Assembly (NCBI RefSeq): GCF_036321535.1
Contig: NC_087437.1
Span: forward strand, 67,830,001 to 67,894,000
Direction of reading: 5' to 3'
Origin: Camelus dromedarius
Taxonomy: Eukaryota
Length of the DNA stretch: 64,000 nt
Position 1 is the stretch's first letter, and every line of letters begins with the position of its first letter. Position numbers and translations under genes: made by a program. Shown here piece by piece: positions 13,341 through 27,399 of this stretch. Below the pieces are notes generated by a model. That model was not told the DNA's origin. It worked only from the letters and a program-made list of their open reading frames with translations, and ran no database searches.

Positions 13341-16300
13341 CATGAGGAAATACAAAACCATTCAAATTGCTTTGTCATTCAAGGATCATTGTGTGACCAT
13401 TTGGGGAAAAAAAAAAAGTTAGTCCCCCATTTTATAGCAAATGAATTTCAAATGAAATAGGAATTTAAATATTAAAAAAAAATGGGAAAAATAGTGGCTT
13501 TTGTGACATGGAAAGATTTCCAGAGCAATAAAAATAGGAGGAAAAGTTTAAAGTAAAAAATACTGTGATAAAATACTAAATCAGAATTTTAAAAAGAATA
13601 AAATATTTGACTACTACACATGTACATATTCAAACCTCATAATAAAAAACAGGAAACTATAAATAAACTTAAAATTTGAAATATAGACAGCAGTGATTTA
13701 AAACATTTTTGCTATTAAAGAGAATGAACTCTCCAAATTGATAAGGATTAAGTAGTTTAGTGCTTGTAGCATAATATCATAGTGTAATAGTTTGTCATAG
13801 CATATGAATTTGAGCCATCTGCCACCAATTTATTCCCTGAGTAAATTTGGTAAGTTCTTTAAATTTTCTGTTTCATTGTGCTCCTAATATGGACAGTATA
13901 AAAACAAAGCCATCTCCCTGCTCCATTCCTTAGTGCTGCCCCACATCTGGGTGTAGCATCCAGCTATGCTTGGTTCTAATCCTTTCTTCAATTTGAAGTG
14001 TAGACAAAATATTGTACTAATAATTGGGAGACTTGAAGGTAAATCCCAGTCCTCATTACTATTGAGTATGTGGGCGGATTATCTCAATTTCTGGATTAGA
14101 TTGGATTGCATGTAATTGGATTAGATGAGAATGATGATTTTTAAACACACATCTGAAGATCTGAGGAGTTTATTGTCGGTGACTTGATAATTGCTGTAAG
14201 AGGTGGGACTGGGAGCAAGGAGAAAGCCTGGAAGGGGAGTTCAGTACTTCAACACTTGTTTTATCTGCTGCTGATGAATGCCTACTAGAGCTGTTGCCAT
14301 TACATCACCGGTGCTATCAAGAGGAAGCAAGGCATGGTGGGATGAGGGTGGATTTCAAAGTCTCCATCTCCTTTGATAAATCGTTCTCCAGGTGTGGTCT
14401 TTCACCAAGTTACTTATATCCTAAGCTCCTCTGTTTCACAAGAAGGCCCTACTAACACCTTACCTGTAGCACCTTCCTCCCCCGAATGGTTGTGTGGATG
14501 AAAGGGTGTAGTAACCTATCAGGCAAAGAAGTGTAGACAAACTAATGTTCGTTTGTCCTTCCTTCATTTTTCTTTCACATCATACATCCTGCCTTAGCTA
14601 AGCAAACAAGCAAAAAGCCTATCAGAATGCAATGTTTCTAAAGGACTTAATCTTTCTTTCTTTTTTTTTCTCTCAAGAGCTGTGGTACTCAGCTTCATCC
14701 TTGCTTTGCATATTTTTCCTCTTCTTTCTCATGTCTGCTCCCTCCTGTCTCCCCCCTTCTCCCCGAAAATGCACACCATGGAGCAACCGCCTGTGGGTTT
14801 GCCTCTGTCCCTTGTTCAGATGGCTGAGCCGAAGTTCAGGAATAAGAACTTCGATGCTTTTGGAATTTCTATGCTGGGAACTCATTAATATTGGTCTCAG
14901 TTCTCTGAGAAATGATGCTGATAAATATATTCTGGAAGTAGGATGTGTTCTACTTGCTATAAAGTTAGAGTAGCATCATTATGAGTAAATTGTAAACTGT
15001 TGCTGAAATGCATATTTGTAAATGAATGATCTGTAGTACCCAGATGCATCCCTAAAAAGTGTTCATACTTTCTTTATTTGGTTTTCTAATAATGCAAACT
15101 GTGCTTAGACTAAAGCTGAATTCAGGATTGTTTTCAGTATGTGCCCCTCACAAAGTTTCTCTTTTGCTAGATTTCCTGCAGACCCAAGTGCTTCTAGGCT
15201 GACTTGTCAGTCTGGGTGATTGTGAAGGCTGAGCTGAGGCCCATGATCTCCTGCATATCTTAACAGTGCAGTTGCTCCTGGAGCAGAATGATTGACATAC
15301 AGCAATTCCTGAATGACTGCAACTCGGACCTCTGAACACATTTACCATCTGTTGAACAGGGATAGTATTTCAGGACACTAGAATGTATTTAATAACTTCT
15401 TCAAGGTTCTTTGTTGATTTCCCAGGATGATCACTGAAAATATTGAATAAAATTGGTCCCTAGATAGGGCATCAATTCCAGGACAACAAGCCGTGTTATC
15501 CTTAGAAATAGACATCCCATAGAATAAATCTATGGTAATTATTTAAGAAGTGATGGATCTGCTTTTAATATGAAGATGAGGATCTTCAGATATTTTTCTT
15601 ACTTGTTTCTGTTGTTATGTAACCAAAGTATACTTTGTTGTCTCAGGGGTTAGCTGATGATTTTTTACAGTATTTTGTTAAAAATATATTAGCCACAGCT
15701 GCATCTCTAGCAGTTTCAGGAAGGGACTTGGGAATTTAATTTTCTCTTCTTTCCTTTTGAAAACATTAAATATTGAAGAAGAAACATGTTGGAATGCTCA
15801 TATTAGTAGGTGCTACATTTTCTCGTGGAAGCATCCCAGCAGACAACAATTTACCCATCTTTTTGACTCTGATTCCAACAGTGACTTCTCTGAGGCACTG
15901 GGCAAGAAGTTTATTTTAAAGCCATGTCTCATCATTGTCCAGACCCTATAAGGTTAATCCTTGTGGGAGGAGTCTTTAAGCATTATTCATGTCTCTCCTA
16001 AGCATCAAATCAATCTGAAGATTGGAAAAATATGTCAATCTGCAGCACATTTGTGGGCATTATCTAAAATTCACAGTATAATGTGATCAGAGAGCTGGTA
16101 CTTTAGATTTCTGTATGCATTTATAATGGGTTTTAACATATTCATTTCCGGAAATGAGTTATGCAGGCACTTTCACAACATTTCAGCAAATCTTTAGCAG
16201 CTGCTTTTCAATTTTATTTAGCCTTAAGGATATGCTTGTATTGCAGGCATCGCAGACATAACTGCCTGGAGCTAGGGCAGAAAAGTCCCTGGGATCATCA

Positions 16301-18999
16301 AACAAAGAGAAATGTGAATTAACAGAGCCGCTCAAAGAATGCTGTCAGGTATATTGAAGGGCCTTGGATGTGGGGGTGCACTTGGAATGTTTAGATTGAC
16401 GAGGTGTATGAGCACATATTCATGATGATGTGACTGGCTGAACATAAAATGAAAATCTACGGGAACAGAGAGCGACATCCATTTCACCAGTTTTAACGAG
16501 GAGGTTTCTAAGGAGGAGTGGAATGGCCAAGAGAAGCTGGATTTTATAGAGCATTTTATTATGTCCTCTCTTCAGGTAATGATCCTCCCCAAGTCATGTG
16601 AATATTAGGACTCTTTCTAGAATAACGCACGTTTGCAATGTGAGAGACCAAGAGCCCTCTAGGTTCATGGGACAGCAAATAGAAAACATCTGGGCTCATG
16701 GTGTTAGCAAGATTTCACTTGTAACAGCTTTGTATGTGGCAAAGGATACATCAGGAGGCAAAGCAGATAGAGCTCTCAAATTCTACCAGATTGCTCCCAA
16801 AGAAAGGCTCTAGGTCAGTGATTTTAGGAGGCCAGTGTGGGTTGGAGGTCTTGTTAACCTGAAGCATGAATCCTCTTCTCTCTTGGCCTTTATTCATTAC
16901 CAGCCTATGGACCACATAATCTGTAACTTAATCCCAACATCTGCATTCTAACTTTCGTTTCACTAGATACAATATCTAATCCAAATGTAGAATTTCCAAC
17001 AAAAACACAGTCTAGGAACATTATAACCTAGAATTTAAAAATACTATCAAGATTCTGCATAGAGAATAAAAGCTTTCAAGCCCAGAGGCTTTCTAAGCAG
17101 CAGTAGATTGACGCTGACATGTTGTTCATAGATTCACAGAACTATCTTTACGTTCAACTTAAGGGTGATTGTGGAAACTCTTAAAGTTTAGTGAAATTAA
17201 TTTTCCTCCTGGGATTTACAGGTGTCTGTGAGCTCTTATTGATATGGCTGGATCCTATATTGGGGTTATAGATTAGAACTTTGGAGTTTATACTTTCCAT
17301 TTCACAAATGTTAAACACGAGGCAACAGTTTCTGAACATGAGTAAACACATCTTGTGGAGGTTCTATTGGAACAGAAGGATTTATGTATTTTTAGTTCTT
17401 GAGTATTTTCCAAAACACATTCCTGACGTGGATTACAGTCAATTTAAAGATTTTTCCAATACTTACATGATACACAACTCAAAATTACTGTTTTAAAGTC
17501 TACCATGAACCTTCTTTTCAAGTTGGAAAGTGAGATAGTAATTCCTTGTCTCAGAGGGTTAATTTTTGAAGATTGGCAGTCTTTCCAAAGAAAGAGGTCA
17601 AGGTTCTAATTGTTTTCTTGACCTATTAGGTGAAAAGGAATGTTTTCACTTGGAAGATAATGGCAGCAAAGGGGGTGTAGGGAACAGGCTCCCCTCCTCA
17701 ACTGGTTTCTGTGTCACATATGTCAGAGCTAGTCATGTCTTTCTCTAAAGACTCTTTCCAACCCAGAATCAGATAAGGATATATTTCCTTCTGCTTCTGT
17801 TAAAAATAAAAGTAGAAAAAAAAAAGGGGGTGGGGGAAGGCTATTACTGAATGATACCCTTCATTTTCTTGAATTACTTCATTTAAGAAGGAGATTGATG
17901 GATAGGTGTTCAGTGGATTGCGTTTTCCCCATGCCTCCACCCAACGTGTGTGGGGGATTACAAAAAGGGGAGATAACTGGCCTCAAGAACTACATGGCTT
18001 CTTTTCATGTAAACACTTCTTATAAAGAAGCTTTGTGGTGTTTGATTGGAGTCACCTCCTGTATATTTGTAGTTTATGAGACAAATCCTCCTCAGTGCCT
18101 TTTCTCCACTGCATTGCGTTATGAGAATAGGAATTAGCCTTGCATTCTCTCTCTTAATACTGGAGTGTCCCCACAATGGTAGTTATGAAAACAGCACTAC
18201 TTAATATTTTCTTTGATTGAGTGATCCAAGGGGAGCCCTGGGTGCATATTGCTTGACTTTGTTATTTTTAAACCCTTAGGCAAGAAGCCATTTGCTTCAG
18301 TATTGAGGCAAGATCATGGTAAATGTGGAGTACAGAGTGGAAATCCCAATTTGTCAATGCAGATGGCATTCACCTTGGGAAATTATTAGAATACTTTAAT
18401 CTATCTTAAGGCATTTAAGCAAAGCACGTACACTCTAGGCAAGACTTTATATTTCTTCCTTCTCAGGAGAAATTTGGGGTCCATTAAATAGATTCTGAGT
18501 AGAGATCTCAATCCCTTTTAAAGAAAATGCCCTTAGGGAGGTGGAAGAATTATGGAAGAATTGGAGGCATGGAAAAGCTGCTTCCTGTGTGTTTCCTGAT
18601 CCTTTAATCTGGTTTAATTGCCTTCTCGCTTGTACCTAGTGATTGTGTTTATTTGTCCATGCTCTGCCCTCTGCTTAGGCTGTATCCCCTAGATAACTTT
18701 TAGACATCTTGTGGGTCTTTTTGGTTAGAGGAGCTTTCCCTGACACTATATACCTGTCAAATTAGGTCTTCCTCTGCTATTTTCTTTTCAATTTGTGGTC
18801 TTATTTTCCTTTGAACACTTAGGACTGTTTGTAATTTTTCTGTTGATTTGTGTGCTTATCGCATTGACACTTACTTTTTTAAAAAAATAACCAGACTGTC
18901 TGCATTGTGAAGACAAGGACCATCCCACCCACTGTTACCTCTACTGCATAGCACAGGCTCACCTCCTATTTGATAATATTTAATATTATTTATGAAAAA

Positions 19000-19705
19000 T
19001 AATATACAATACTAATTATAAAAATATATGATAGTGTTTATAACAACTAAATGTAAATGCATCTTTATTACCTTGAATTGGAATTAGGATATAACATAAC
19101 CTACTTACAAACATAATTTTTGAAGTTACTGAATAAATATAATAAAAAGATGTAATTGCAATAAAATACCATGTATTTCAATATGTAAATGTGTCTTGAG
19201 AAGATGTGATGAAGTAGGCAGCTGTATACATGTAGCATGGCATCACCAGGCCTTGGCCATGGCACATACAATAGGATACAGCGTGTTATTTTGTTGACTC
19301 AAATGTCATGGCATAGCCATTGATGATGGGATTTTCTAAAATCGTGACCACATAATGATAAATTCTCAAAAAGTATATTTCTTTGATTTCTGTATTTGCG
19401 CTCAGAGATTTCAGTGTCTATTAGCACTGTGTAATTCATTTTTATACAGTGTATACAGTATGGAGATAGTTTCTAACCTCAGTTATAAACCAGTTTCTTA
19501 CCCACCTGATGGTGCAGTGGGATATTTGAAAGTCATGCAGGATTGAAACAGTTCTTCTTTGAGACTGTCCTGAATATTGAAGTATGTAGGGTGTCTCTGG
19601 ATAATACTCAGTAAATACCAGGAGCTCCTCCAGTTTGTCCTAAAACCAAAAACTACCCCAGCCCAAATTTCAGAGTTTCCATTGATACTTTAAAAACATC
19701 ACTAC
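19000..19705 (+). mobile_element. MER20B-like hAT-Charlie relic
   Basis: 'atgtatttcaatatgtaaatg...gaagatgtgatgaagtag...ttgactcaaat...gagactgtcctgaatattg...taaataccaggagctcctccag...aaccaaaaact'. Confidence 0.65.
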
Positions 19706-21528
19706 TTTTAAAAACTGTGGCTGTGCTGTTATAGATACTCCAGAATTATTGAATACATGGATAAATGGATATGTTTATACCTCTTATTTATTTTGGGGTT
19801 GTCTTTCTTTTTTGAGGAATTCTGTCTCTACACCTAGTAGTGCACTTGATTTTGGAAAATACTTATTTAATTGAACAAGAAGGTGAATGATACAATTTCC
19901 AAGTGCTAGGGATAATTGTCAGAGTCCCTCTTGGCTTTTCCCTCCCATGCCTTTCTGTCTGCTTCATGACTTTCTAATTTTTAATTCTCCTGGCTTCCAG
20001 CAGGGATACTAGGGAGGGAAAATATTACGAAATTTTTATCTGACCCACCCACCATTGTTGTCTACCATAAGTTGATGATGACTACGTTCACTAATAAGCC
20101 AGAGGACACATTTTAATGAAGAAGTCAGCCTATGAGCTTGTGTTTTCATCCTGTCACTGAACATTTTTCACGTTTGAACATGATTCTCTTCAAATAGTGA
20201 TTTTCATGTCAGTGAATCCAGAGACACAGAAAAAACTTTACCAAAGCCCCTGAAAGACTGTGAATGATAGTAATAACAAACACAGAGTTCATAAGAAAAG
20301 ATTTTTTTGGATTATTTTTCTGTATCTATACTGATGACATGCTATAACTTATTATGATAGTACATCAGAATTTGAAAGTAAAACTTATTAAGGAATTCAA
20401 GTAGTTTTTGCTTGTGCCTAAGCACTACACTAGGAGTGAGAAATCCTGTACTTGATGCTGACTTTAGGAACTGTGCTATCTCAAACCAGACAGGTAACCT
20501 GTTCCTTGCAAATTATCTTTCTCTGGTGAGGTTAAATTAATCCTTGTAAACAGGGCTGAGAATGAGCTATTTCAATAGAAGATGTTTCAAAAATGCAAAG
20601 TATTATTGTTACAATTTGTGCTTGTGTAGATAGATCTTTATTTTAAGTGCTGGGCCATGATTGTTCAGGGATGGTTAAACCTCAGACTGAAAGTTTAGAT
20701 AGTGAGACCAGGTATTTTCTGTTTCTTGAGTCTGAGGTTCTCAAAATACTCAGTCCCATTGCAAATACAAATCGTGTAGCAAATCAGGTGATTGTGTGTG
20801 TGTGTATGTGTGTGTATGTGTATATATATATAGTCATCTAATTTGCAGCAGGAGCCATTGGCAGATGCCAGGGACAGAAGTGCCTGTTCTTTTCTCTCTG
20901 GCTACCTGATGAGAAGAGTCTCAATTCTATAAAGACTTACACATGCAAAATCAAAACAAGTTAAATCCACTTAAATCAGGTTGATTCTATAATTTAGGAT
21001 GTTTTATATCCGTGAAAATAGTGAAACTTTATTTCTTCTCTAATCCTTTTACAGCACCTGCTACCTTTATCACTTGTCATTTATCGTGGCACTTAATCAT
21101 ATCTCCCTTGTGTTGTTACCTGTTTTATGGGCATATATCTTGTCTTTCTAATTAGATTACAAACTCCCTTGAGATAATGATCGTATTTTCTTAAAAAAAC
21201 AGAAAGGGAATTCTTCTCACTCTACAGCTGACTTTTAGGCCTATGGTGGATAATCCATATAATTGTTATGTAACATAAAATAATAAAAATTTTATGTTGG
21301 ACAGTATTATAGCTGCTTTCCCACACCAAAATTTACTTAGCAATTCCCATTCGAGTAAAATCTTCTTATCTATTGCATTCTTTTACCATACCTTACTCTT
21401 AGATGAAATATAGACTTCAAAAAATAATTGAAATCACATCCAATCACTTCAGATTATGCTAAAGTTTCCATCTTTGTGTTCTTTATTCGTTTGAGAGGTT
21501 GATAGATTTGAGGAGAAACATGTTTGGG

Positions 21529-21532
<4 letters not shown>

Positions 21533-21561
<29 letters not shown>
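21533..21561. repeat. poly(T) tract, 29 nt
   Basis: Directly visible. Confidence 0.95.
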
Positions 21562-21564
<3 letters not shown>

Positions 21565-21985
21565 ACCGTCCTCTTTATTGCACACTGGACTCTGAAACAC
21601 AAAAGTCTTCTGTTCTAGTCTTCTATCAACAGAATCCTTTGCAGAGAGAAAGTTCTCAAAGTGTTTAGTGCTGACTTTTTTGTACCCTTAAATTATTTGT
21701 ATATATATACACACATATACTACACGTATATGTATCTGTGTGTGCATGTATGCTAACGTTTTTCTCCAAGTAACAGTAAAATCAATAGAATGCATAAATC
21801 TAGAACTGAAAAAATGTCTGAGCATCAGTCTCTCCCCATTAATCTGCTTGAATGTGAGCCATCTGTCTCAGCTTAATTATCTGACTGCATAGACAGACTG
21901 GAATGGACAGCAGAATAGGTTTCAGGTTACTCTGCTTTTATAGGTTCACTATAATTATATGGCTGCCACACTCTGTACTAGAGAC

Positions 21986-22285
21986 CAGCGATTTCTGAAG
22001 TGTGTTTCAAACAACATTCTTTGTGTAATAGGTTAATAGGTACTACTAGGAAAACAACTTTCATGGTCAAAGACATTTGGAAAAATTATGGGCTTTGGGC
22101 TCAGCTAAATGTTAGTTTCCTTAGAGGTGAGGCCTCTTAGAGCTTATAATATATTAATGCATGATTTAAATCTCCTATAGGACTTTGTATTACACAGTAT
22201 TTTCCAAACTTATTTAGCCATTGGAAAATTTTCCAAAGCATCCCAAGGGACTGATGTTTCTGAGAACGCACTTTAAGAAATACTT
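21986..22285. mobile_element. Charlie4-like hAT relic
   Basis: Ends 'cagcgatttctgaagtgtgtttc' and 'gagaacgcactttaagaaatactt' are degenerate inverted termini; internal 'ttttccaaacttattt'. Confidence 0.6.
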
Positions 22286-23387
22286 CAGTAGATTGATTAC
22301 TGATTACTTCTCTATTACATTTTGCTAACTCTAACCAAATAAATTCTACAAACATGGTTCTTTTTAGTTTTTTTTTCATTTTAATTTCTTTGTACAAAGC
22401 TTTATTGATACCTATTTCACATATCTTACAATTCACCTATTTAAAGCGTACAATTCAATGGGTTTTTTGGGTAGAAACATGGTTCTTAGTTGCAAAGCAA
22501 CCAGAAAAGACATACTTTTATTTTAGATCAACCGGAAGAATTGCCAACCTTAAATAACTGTAGAATTTGTCATTTTGCATTGTGAATGATCATTCACCTT
22601 CCCCTCTTCTTAAAAAAAATTCATGTTATCATTCTTAAAAAAATTAGATAACAGTCATTCTTACAGAGTTCTAAATGCAAATAATTAACCATCGTTGTTT
22701 TATTTTTTTCTTACATTTCCTGCATTGGTAAGTACAATAGAGTGAACCTAATTTAAATCTCTAGGCCAGGATCTTGTGGAATCTCATAGTCCTTCACAAT
22801 GAACACTGATTTTCAGTTGTTGGGGATGTACCTCTACAAAGTTTAAGGACTGAGTTGAATCAGTGTTGTCCTTACACCACATCCTAAAGTATCTGGTTTA
22901 GACTAAAAACTCCTATATTAGCTTATTTTCTTGCTATTTTCCTCTTTTCATAAGCCAGTGAAGAATGAGAAATTGTATTATGTCCTGAGAGGTTGATCAA
23001 GGCTGCTTTTTCCCCCAAAATGAGGAGTTTTGAATGGAATATGAGAACCAACATGTACTGATTACCTTCTATGTGATCATCACATGCAATCTTAGAACAA
23101 ACCTGTAAGACTCTTAGGAATGTGTTTAAATTATATGTGAAGCAACCATGCTTCCCCCCCCCACCCCAAGAGGTAGAAAATGACAAAAATGAAATGTTAA
23201 CTCAAGTATGTCAGATTCCAAAGTTCAACCTCTTTTCTTTCAATCATACTGCTTTCCAACCAAAGGCTACAGTCTTCTAAAGAGATAATCCACCACCTTC
23301 ATTCAAACCTCTTTTTCAAAAATAAGAGTTCATTGGAATTCAATTTTAAAAGCATCTTTACCATATCTACATTTTTAATGTAATATA

Positions 23388-23881
23388 TGTTTGGTTAGGG
23401 ATGTCTACATCTTCAAGTACCAAAACAATATAGTGGTTAAAACAAAGAGAAACCATATGTATAATCTATGTCAAATATCAAGAAGCCTGTGCTAGAGAAT
23501 TTTGAGGCTAACATCTCTGCAATTCTCTTAGCCTTTCCTTCATATTATTTGTCTTCAAGTTTACAAAAATGGCTATGGTAATGCCATGCCTCACATTTAC
23601 ATCAAAACAGATGCAAGTGATGGTGTAGGAAGAGTAGGGTGGGAGATGTCAGTGCAAAGGATTTCCATCCCTTCTGTCAGCAAGAGCAAAAGCCTTTGTA
23701 GAGTCCACAGTGGATACCTGTTTCCTGCTCTGGGCTTAGAACTATGTCATATAGCCACACTAGAGAGTTGGGAAGTGAGACTTCACCTTGGCAGGCATAT
23801 AGCAACCCTGAGCAGAATCAAGGTTTTAATAGGAGGAAGAAAGTGTAGATATTGGGCACATTACTAATATTATCTGCTACA
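23388..23881 (-). mobile_element. MLT1 (MaLR) solo LTR, old subfamily
   Basis: 'tagtggttaaaacaaa...gggcttagaactatgtcatatagccacactagagagttgggaagtgag...tctgctaca'. Confidence 0.6.
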
Positions 23882-24229
23882 ATATGCCACATACTGCCTT
23901 ATCAGTTTCAACCTGCATTTCTGCTTCACTTTTATTAAACTTACTGATTGATTGTGATGAATCAGCCTTCACTACTTCAAGGTTTGTGGAGATGTGTTAT
24001 TTCTAAATATAATAGGAGGGTTGGATTTTTTCCTTTCATGTTAACTTGAAACAATTCTAAATACAGATAACATTTAATGCAAATTATGTTTTCTGTTCAA
24101 AGAATATGAAATGTCCTGGATATATGCTCAGGATGTGTCAACACTTTATTATGAGAAAAATGTGGGAAATAGCATTTCTTATTAGTCACACACTTTGTTC
24201 TGTGAGGTGATATTAGGGGCTGGGGATAG

Positions 24230-24520
24230 AGCTTCTGAAGTTTTAGAAGACAATTTGAAAATACCTGTTAAAACTTAACATGCACATACTCTTTGACTCA
24301 GTTTACTTCTACAAGTTTATTCTGAAACATCTAGTTGGATAAAACTGCAAATAACACATAGAATATTTTATTGTATTTTTTGTCATAGTGAAAAACTGAA
24401 AGCTCCCAAAGTATTTGTCCATTAATATTTTATATATTTCTGTATTGCCTATGTTTTTACAGTGAATGTGACATGTTCACAGTAAAACAACAAAATGAAA
24501 ATAAAAGTATTGTAAAATAG
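24230..24520 (+). mobile_element. Old L1 (L1ME-like) 3' fragment
   Basis: 'gacaatttgaaaatacctgttaaaacttaacatgcacatactctttgactcag...gtcatagtgaaaaactgaaa'. Confidence 0.6.
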
Positions 24521-24744
24521 CATAAGAGATCAATTTGTTTATTTTAACCTAAAAAATATCCCCTTTGTTGTTGAGGTGCAGAGGTGGGGAGCTGATGGCC
24601 AGTGCTTAACTAAGCCCATCCAGGTCTCAAATGATATGTTCTGAAAGCACTTTTAAGAAAATATATATATCTTGAAAAATTGTCATTATAATTATTTGAG
24701 GAAGGGAAAGCTGTCTTTTCAGTCAGCTAGAGGCAAGAAATAAA

Positions 24745-24900
24745 GCTAGTGGCAGCAGAAAACTCATTGACTTTACAGTCAGGTGGGCCTGGATTTTAAT
24801 TCCAGACCCATGGCCACTAGAAGTGTGGTCTTGAGAAATACCATTAACCTCTCTGAGGCTCAGTTTCCTTATCAATTTTGAACATGAAGAGAAATGACTC
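24745..24900 (+). mobile_element. MIR SINE
   Basis: 'cctggattttaattcca...gtgtggtcttgagaaataccattaacctctctgaggctcagtttcctt'. Confidence 0.75.
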
Positions 24901-24911
24901 TATGTGAAAAC

Positions 24912-25272
24912 ATGGGCTAGGGCCACAATGAGAAAATACCACAGAACTGTGTGGCTTAAACAGTCAGTTATTTTCTTACAGTTCTGGAAGTTGGAAGTCC
25001 AAGGTCAACATGTTGGCAGAGTTGGTTTCTTCTGAGGCCTCTCTCCTGAGCTTGCAGATGGCCACCTTCACTCTGTGTCCTACTTGGCCTTGTCTGTGTA
25101 CAAGCACACCTGGTGTTCTTCCCTTTCTTATAATGACACTAGTCATTGGATTGGGGCCCCACCTGTATGACCTCTTTTAACCTTTAAAGGCTCCATCTCT
25201 GAATATAGTCACACTGGGGGCTAGGGCTTCAACATAAGAATTTTGGAGGGAAGCACCATTTAGTCCATAACA
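24912..25272 (-). mobile_element. MLT1B-like MaLR solo LTR
   Basis: 'acagttctggaagttggaagtccaaggtca...ttcttctgaggcctctctcct...gggcttcaacata...tagtccataaca' (reverse complement begins TGTTATGG). Confidence 0.85.
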
Positions 25273-25431
25273 GTGGGAAAGCTGGAGGACATATTTGTCA
25301 TATAAGAGGAAGTAAGTTTAGCCTTATCCCCCTAAAGTTTGGCTTCAGAAAATTAAAAAAGGGATTTTATTATAACCTTAGAATAAAGTTAGAAAAAGCT
25401 GATTAGTTGATAGGTGCACTGGTCTTTAGTA

Positions 25432-25480
25432 TGTGTGTGTGTGTGTGTGTATATATATGTATAGATGTGTGTGTGTGTAT
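25432..25480. repeat. (TG)n/(TA)n compound microsatellite
   Basis: Directly visible. Confidence 0.9.
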
Positions 25481-25849
25481 ACATTTGAATTTTTTGAGTT
25501 CAATTGGAGTGTATGGTCACTCATATTCAGAAAGTATGTCTAAATTGGACACTAGTATTGCACTAGTATGTAAAAGAGCATTTCTTTTATATTATCTGGG
25601 TTAGATTTAGACATGTTCTTTCTAGAACAATAGGGCCCTTGATGTCACTTCGTAAACTTTGAAAAAACTATCTCTACTCTCTGAGACACGGGAAGATGAA
25701 ATCTAGGGCCCTTATACTCCCTGTGACACTATCAAAACCCCGGTACCAAAAGTGAGGATGTTTTTTGGCCAGACCAAAGCGTGCTTTTAACCCTTAAACT
25801 TGGTCACAGAGTCCCTTTCCATCTCACCTCTCCTCCCCTTTACTTTTGC

Positions 25850-27390
25850 TTTTATATAGCTCTCTGCACTGCCTCACTCCTCCTTCCATATTTTCTACGT
25901 AGACACTCTGGAAACCTTGTCCTCTTACATGCTAAATTTTTCATACTGTCAACCTTTTAGCAAAATTATTTGTACACTTGCACCTCCATGCTTGAATCTA
26001 GGCACTCCTTTGAGTACAAAATTTACCCTGAACCCCCTTACCTAGGAGCCCATGAACCATGGATGGGGTGATGATCTTCTGGCTTGGGCTATTGTCTCAT
26101 CCTCCTGTTTGAGATCTTCCTTTGAGATTCTCACCAACTAATGATGTTGCTTTCTACCGTCCTTAGCACTGCCCACCATGGATCTCCTGGTGGCTCTTTC
26201 CTAGTTTTTACGACCTTGGGATCAAACTCACTACTTCCTTCTCTATTACATTGGCGGTGCAGTCTTTACAGTATGCTATTTTAAAAGACCTAGATTTTTC
26301 TCAATCCTCTATTCTTCACTTCAACTTCACTGCAGCAACCAACTCTTAGCCCCATTACTCAGAAACATTAATCTTCAATATTTTACTCCGACTACAGTCT
26401 CTTTTCATCTTTTTTGCATTCTTGCTTTCATTGTCTCTTATATTAAAACACATAAGGATGGTTCGCTATTCACAAATCAAACCATGTGATACACCACATT
26501 AACAAGAGGAAGGCTAAAAATCATATGATCATCTCAACAGACTCAAGAAAAGTATTGAACAAAATTCCACAACCATTCATGATAAAAATTCTTATCAAAG
26601 TGGTTATGGAGTGAACATATCTGAACATAATAAAGGCCATTTATGACAGACCCACCACACTAATATGGTACTCAACAATGAAAAGCTGAAAGCCTTTTGT
26701 TTAAATTCAGGAGAAAGACAAGGATGACCACTCTTGCCACTTCTATTTAACATAGTATTGAAAGTCCTAGCCACTGCCATCAGATAAGAAAAAAAAGCAT
26801 CCAAATTGGAGGGGAGGAAGTAAAACTCAATATTTGCAAATGACATGATGCTTTGTATAGAAAACCCTAAGGTCTCCACCAAAATCAATTAGAATTCTTA
26901 AAATTTAGTTGTTTCAGAATATAAGATTAATTTACTGAATTTTGTTGCTTTTCTGTATCCTAATAATGAACTATCAAAAAAAAAAAAGTTAAAAAAAACC
27001 CTCCTGTTTCAAATCACATCACAAAGAATAAAATACCTAAGAATAAACTTAACCAAGAAGGTGAAAGACCTATGGTCTTAAAACTATAAAACTAATGAAG
27101 GAAATTGAAGGTGATACAAAGAAATGGAAAGATATCCTGTGCTCTTAGATTGGAACAATTAATACTATAAAAATGGCCATTATCTCTCAAATTTGGTCTC
27201 ATTATAAATTAAAGTCCTCACTGAGCTCTCACTGTCATTGTATCAGTTGCCTCCTGACATTATTAGTTCCCCTTTCCAGCTCAGCCCCTTTGAATGTCTG
27301 AACTGTGCTCCCTCTGTAGTGCTGGTACCCTTGCACCTTCTACTGCATTCATCTATAAAACCTAACTCCTTTTGATGCTACAGTTCACCT
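25850..27390 (+). mobile_element. Decayed L2 body, interrupted by the L1 fragment at 26454-27186
   Basis: C/T-rich L2-like sequence on both sides of the L1 ('cttcacttcaacttcactgcagcaacc', 'ctccgactacagtctcttttcatc', 'tagtgctggtacccttgcaccttc'). Confidence 0.45.
26454..27186 (+). mobile_element. L1 ORF2 internal fragment (RT domain), disabled
   Basis: Encodes degenerate [50 protein letters not shown] and FANDMMLCIENPK (L1 FADD region), with stops and frameshifts. Confidence 0.92.
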
Positions 27391-27399
27391 CAAAGTACA

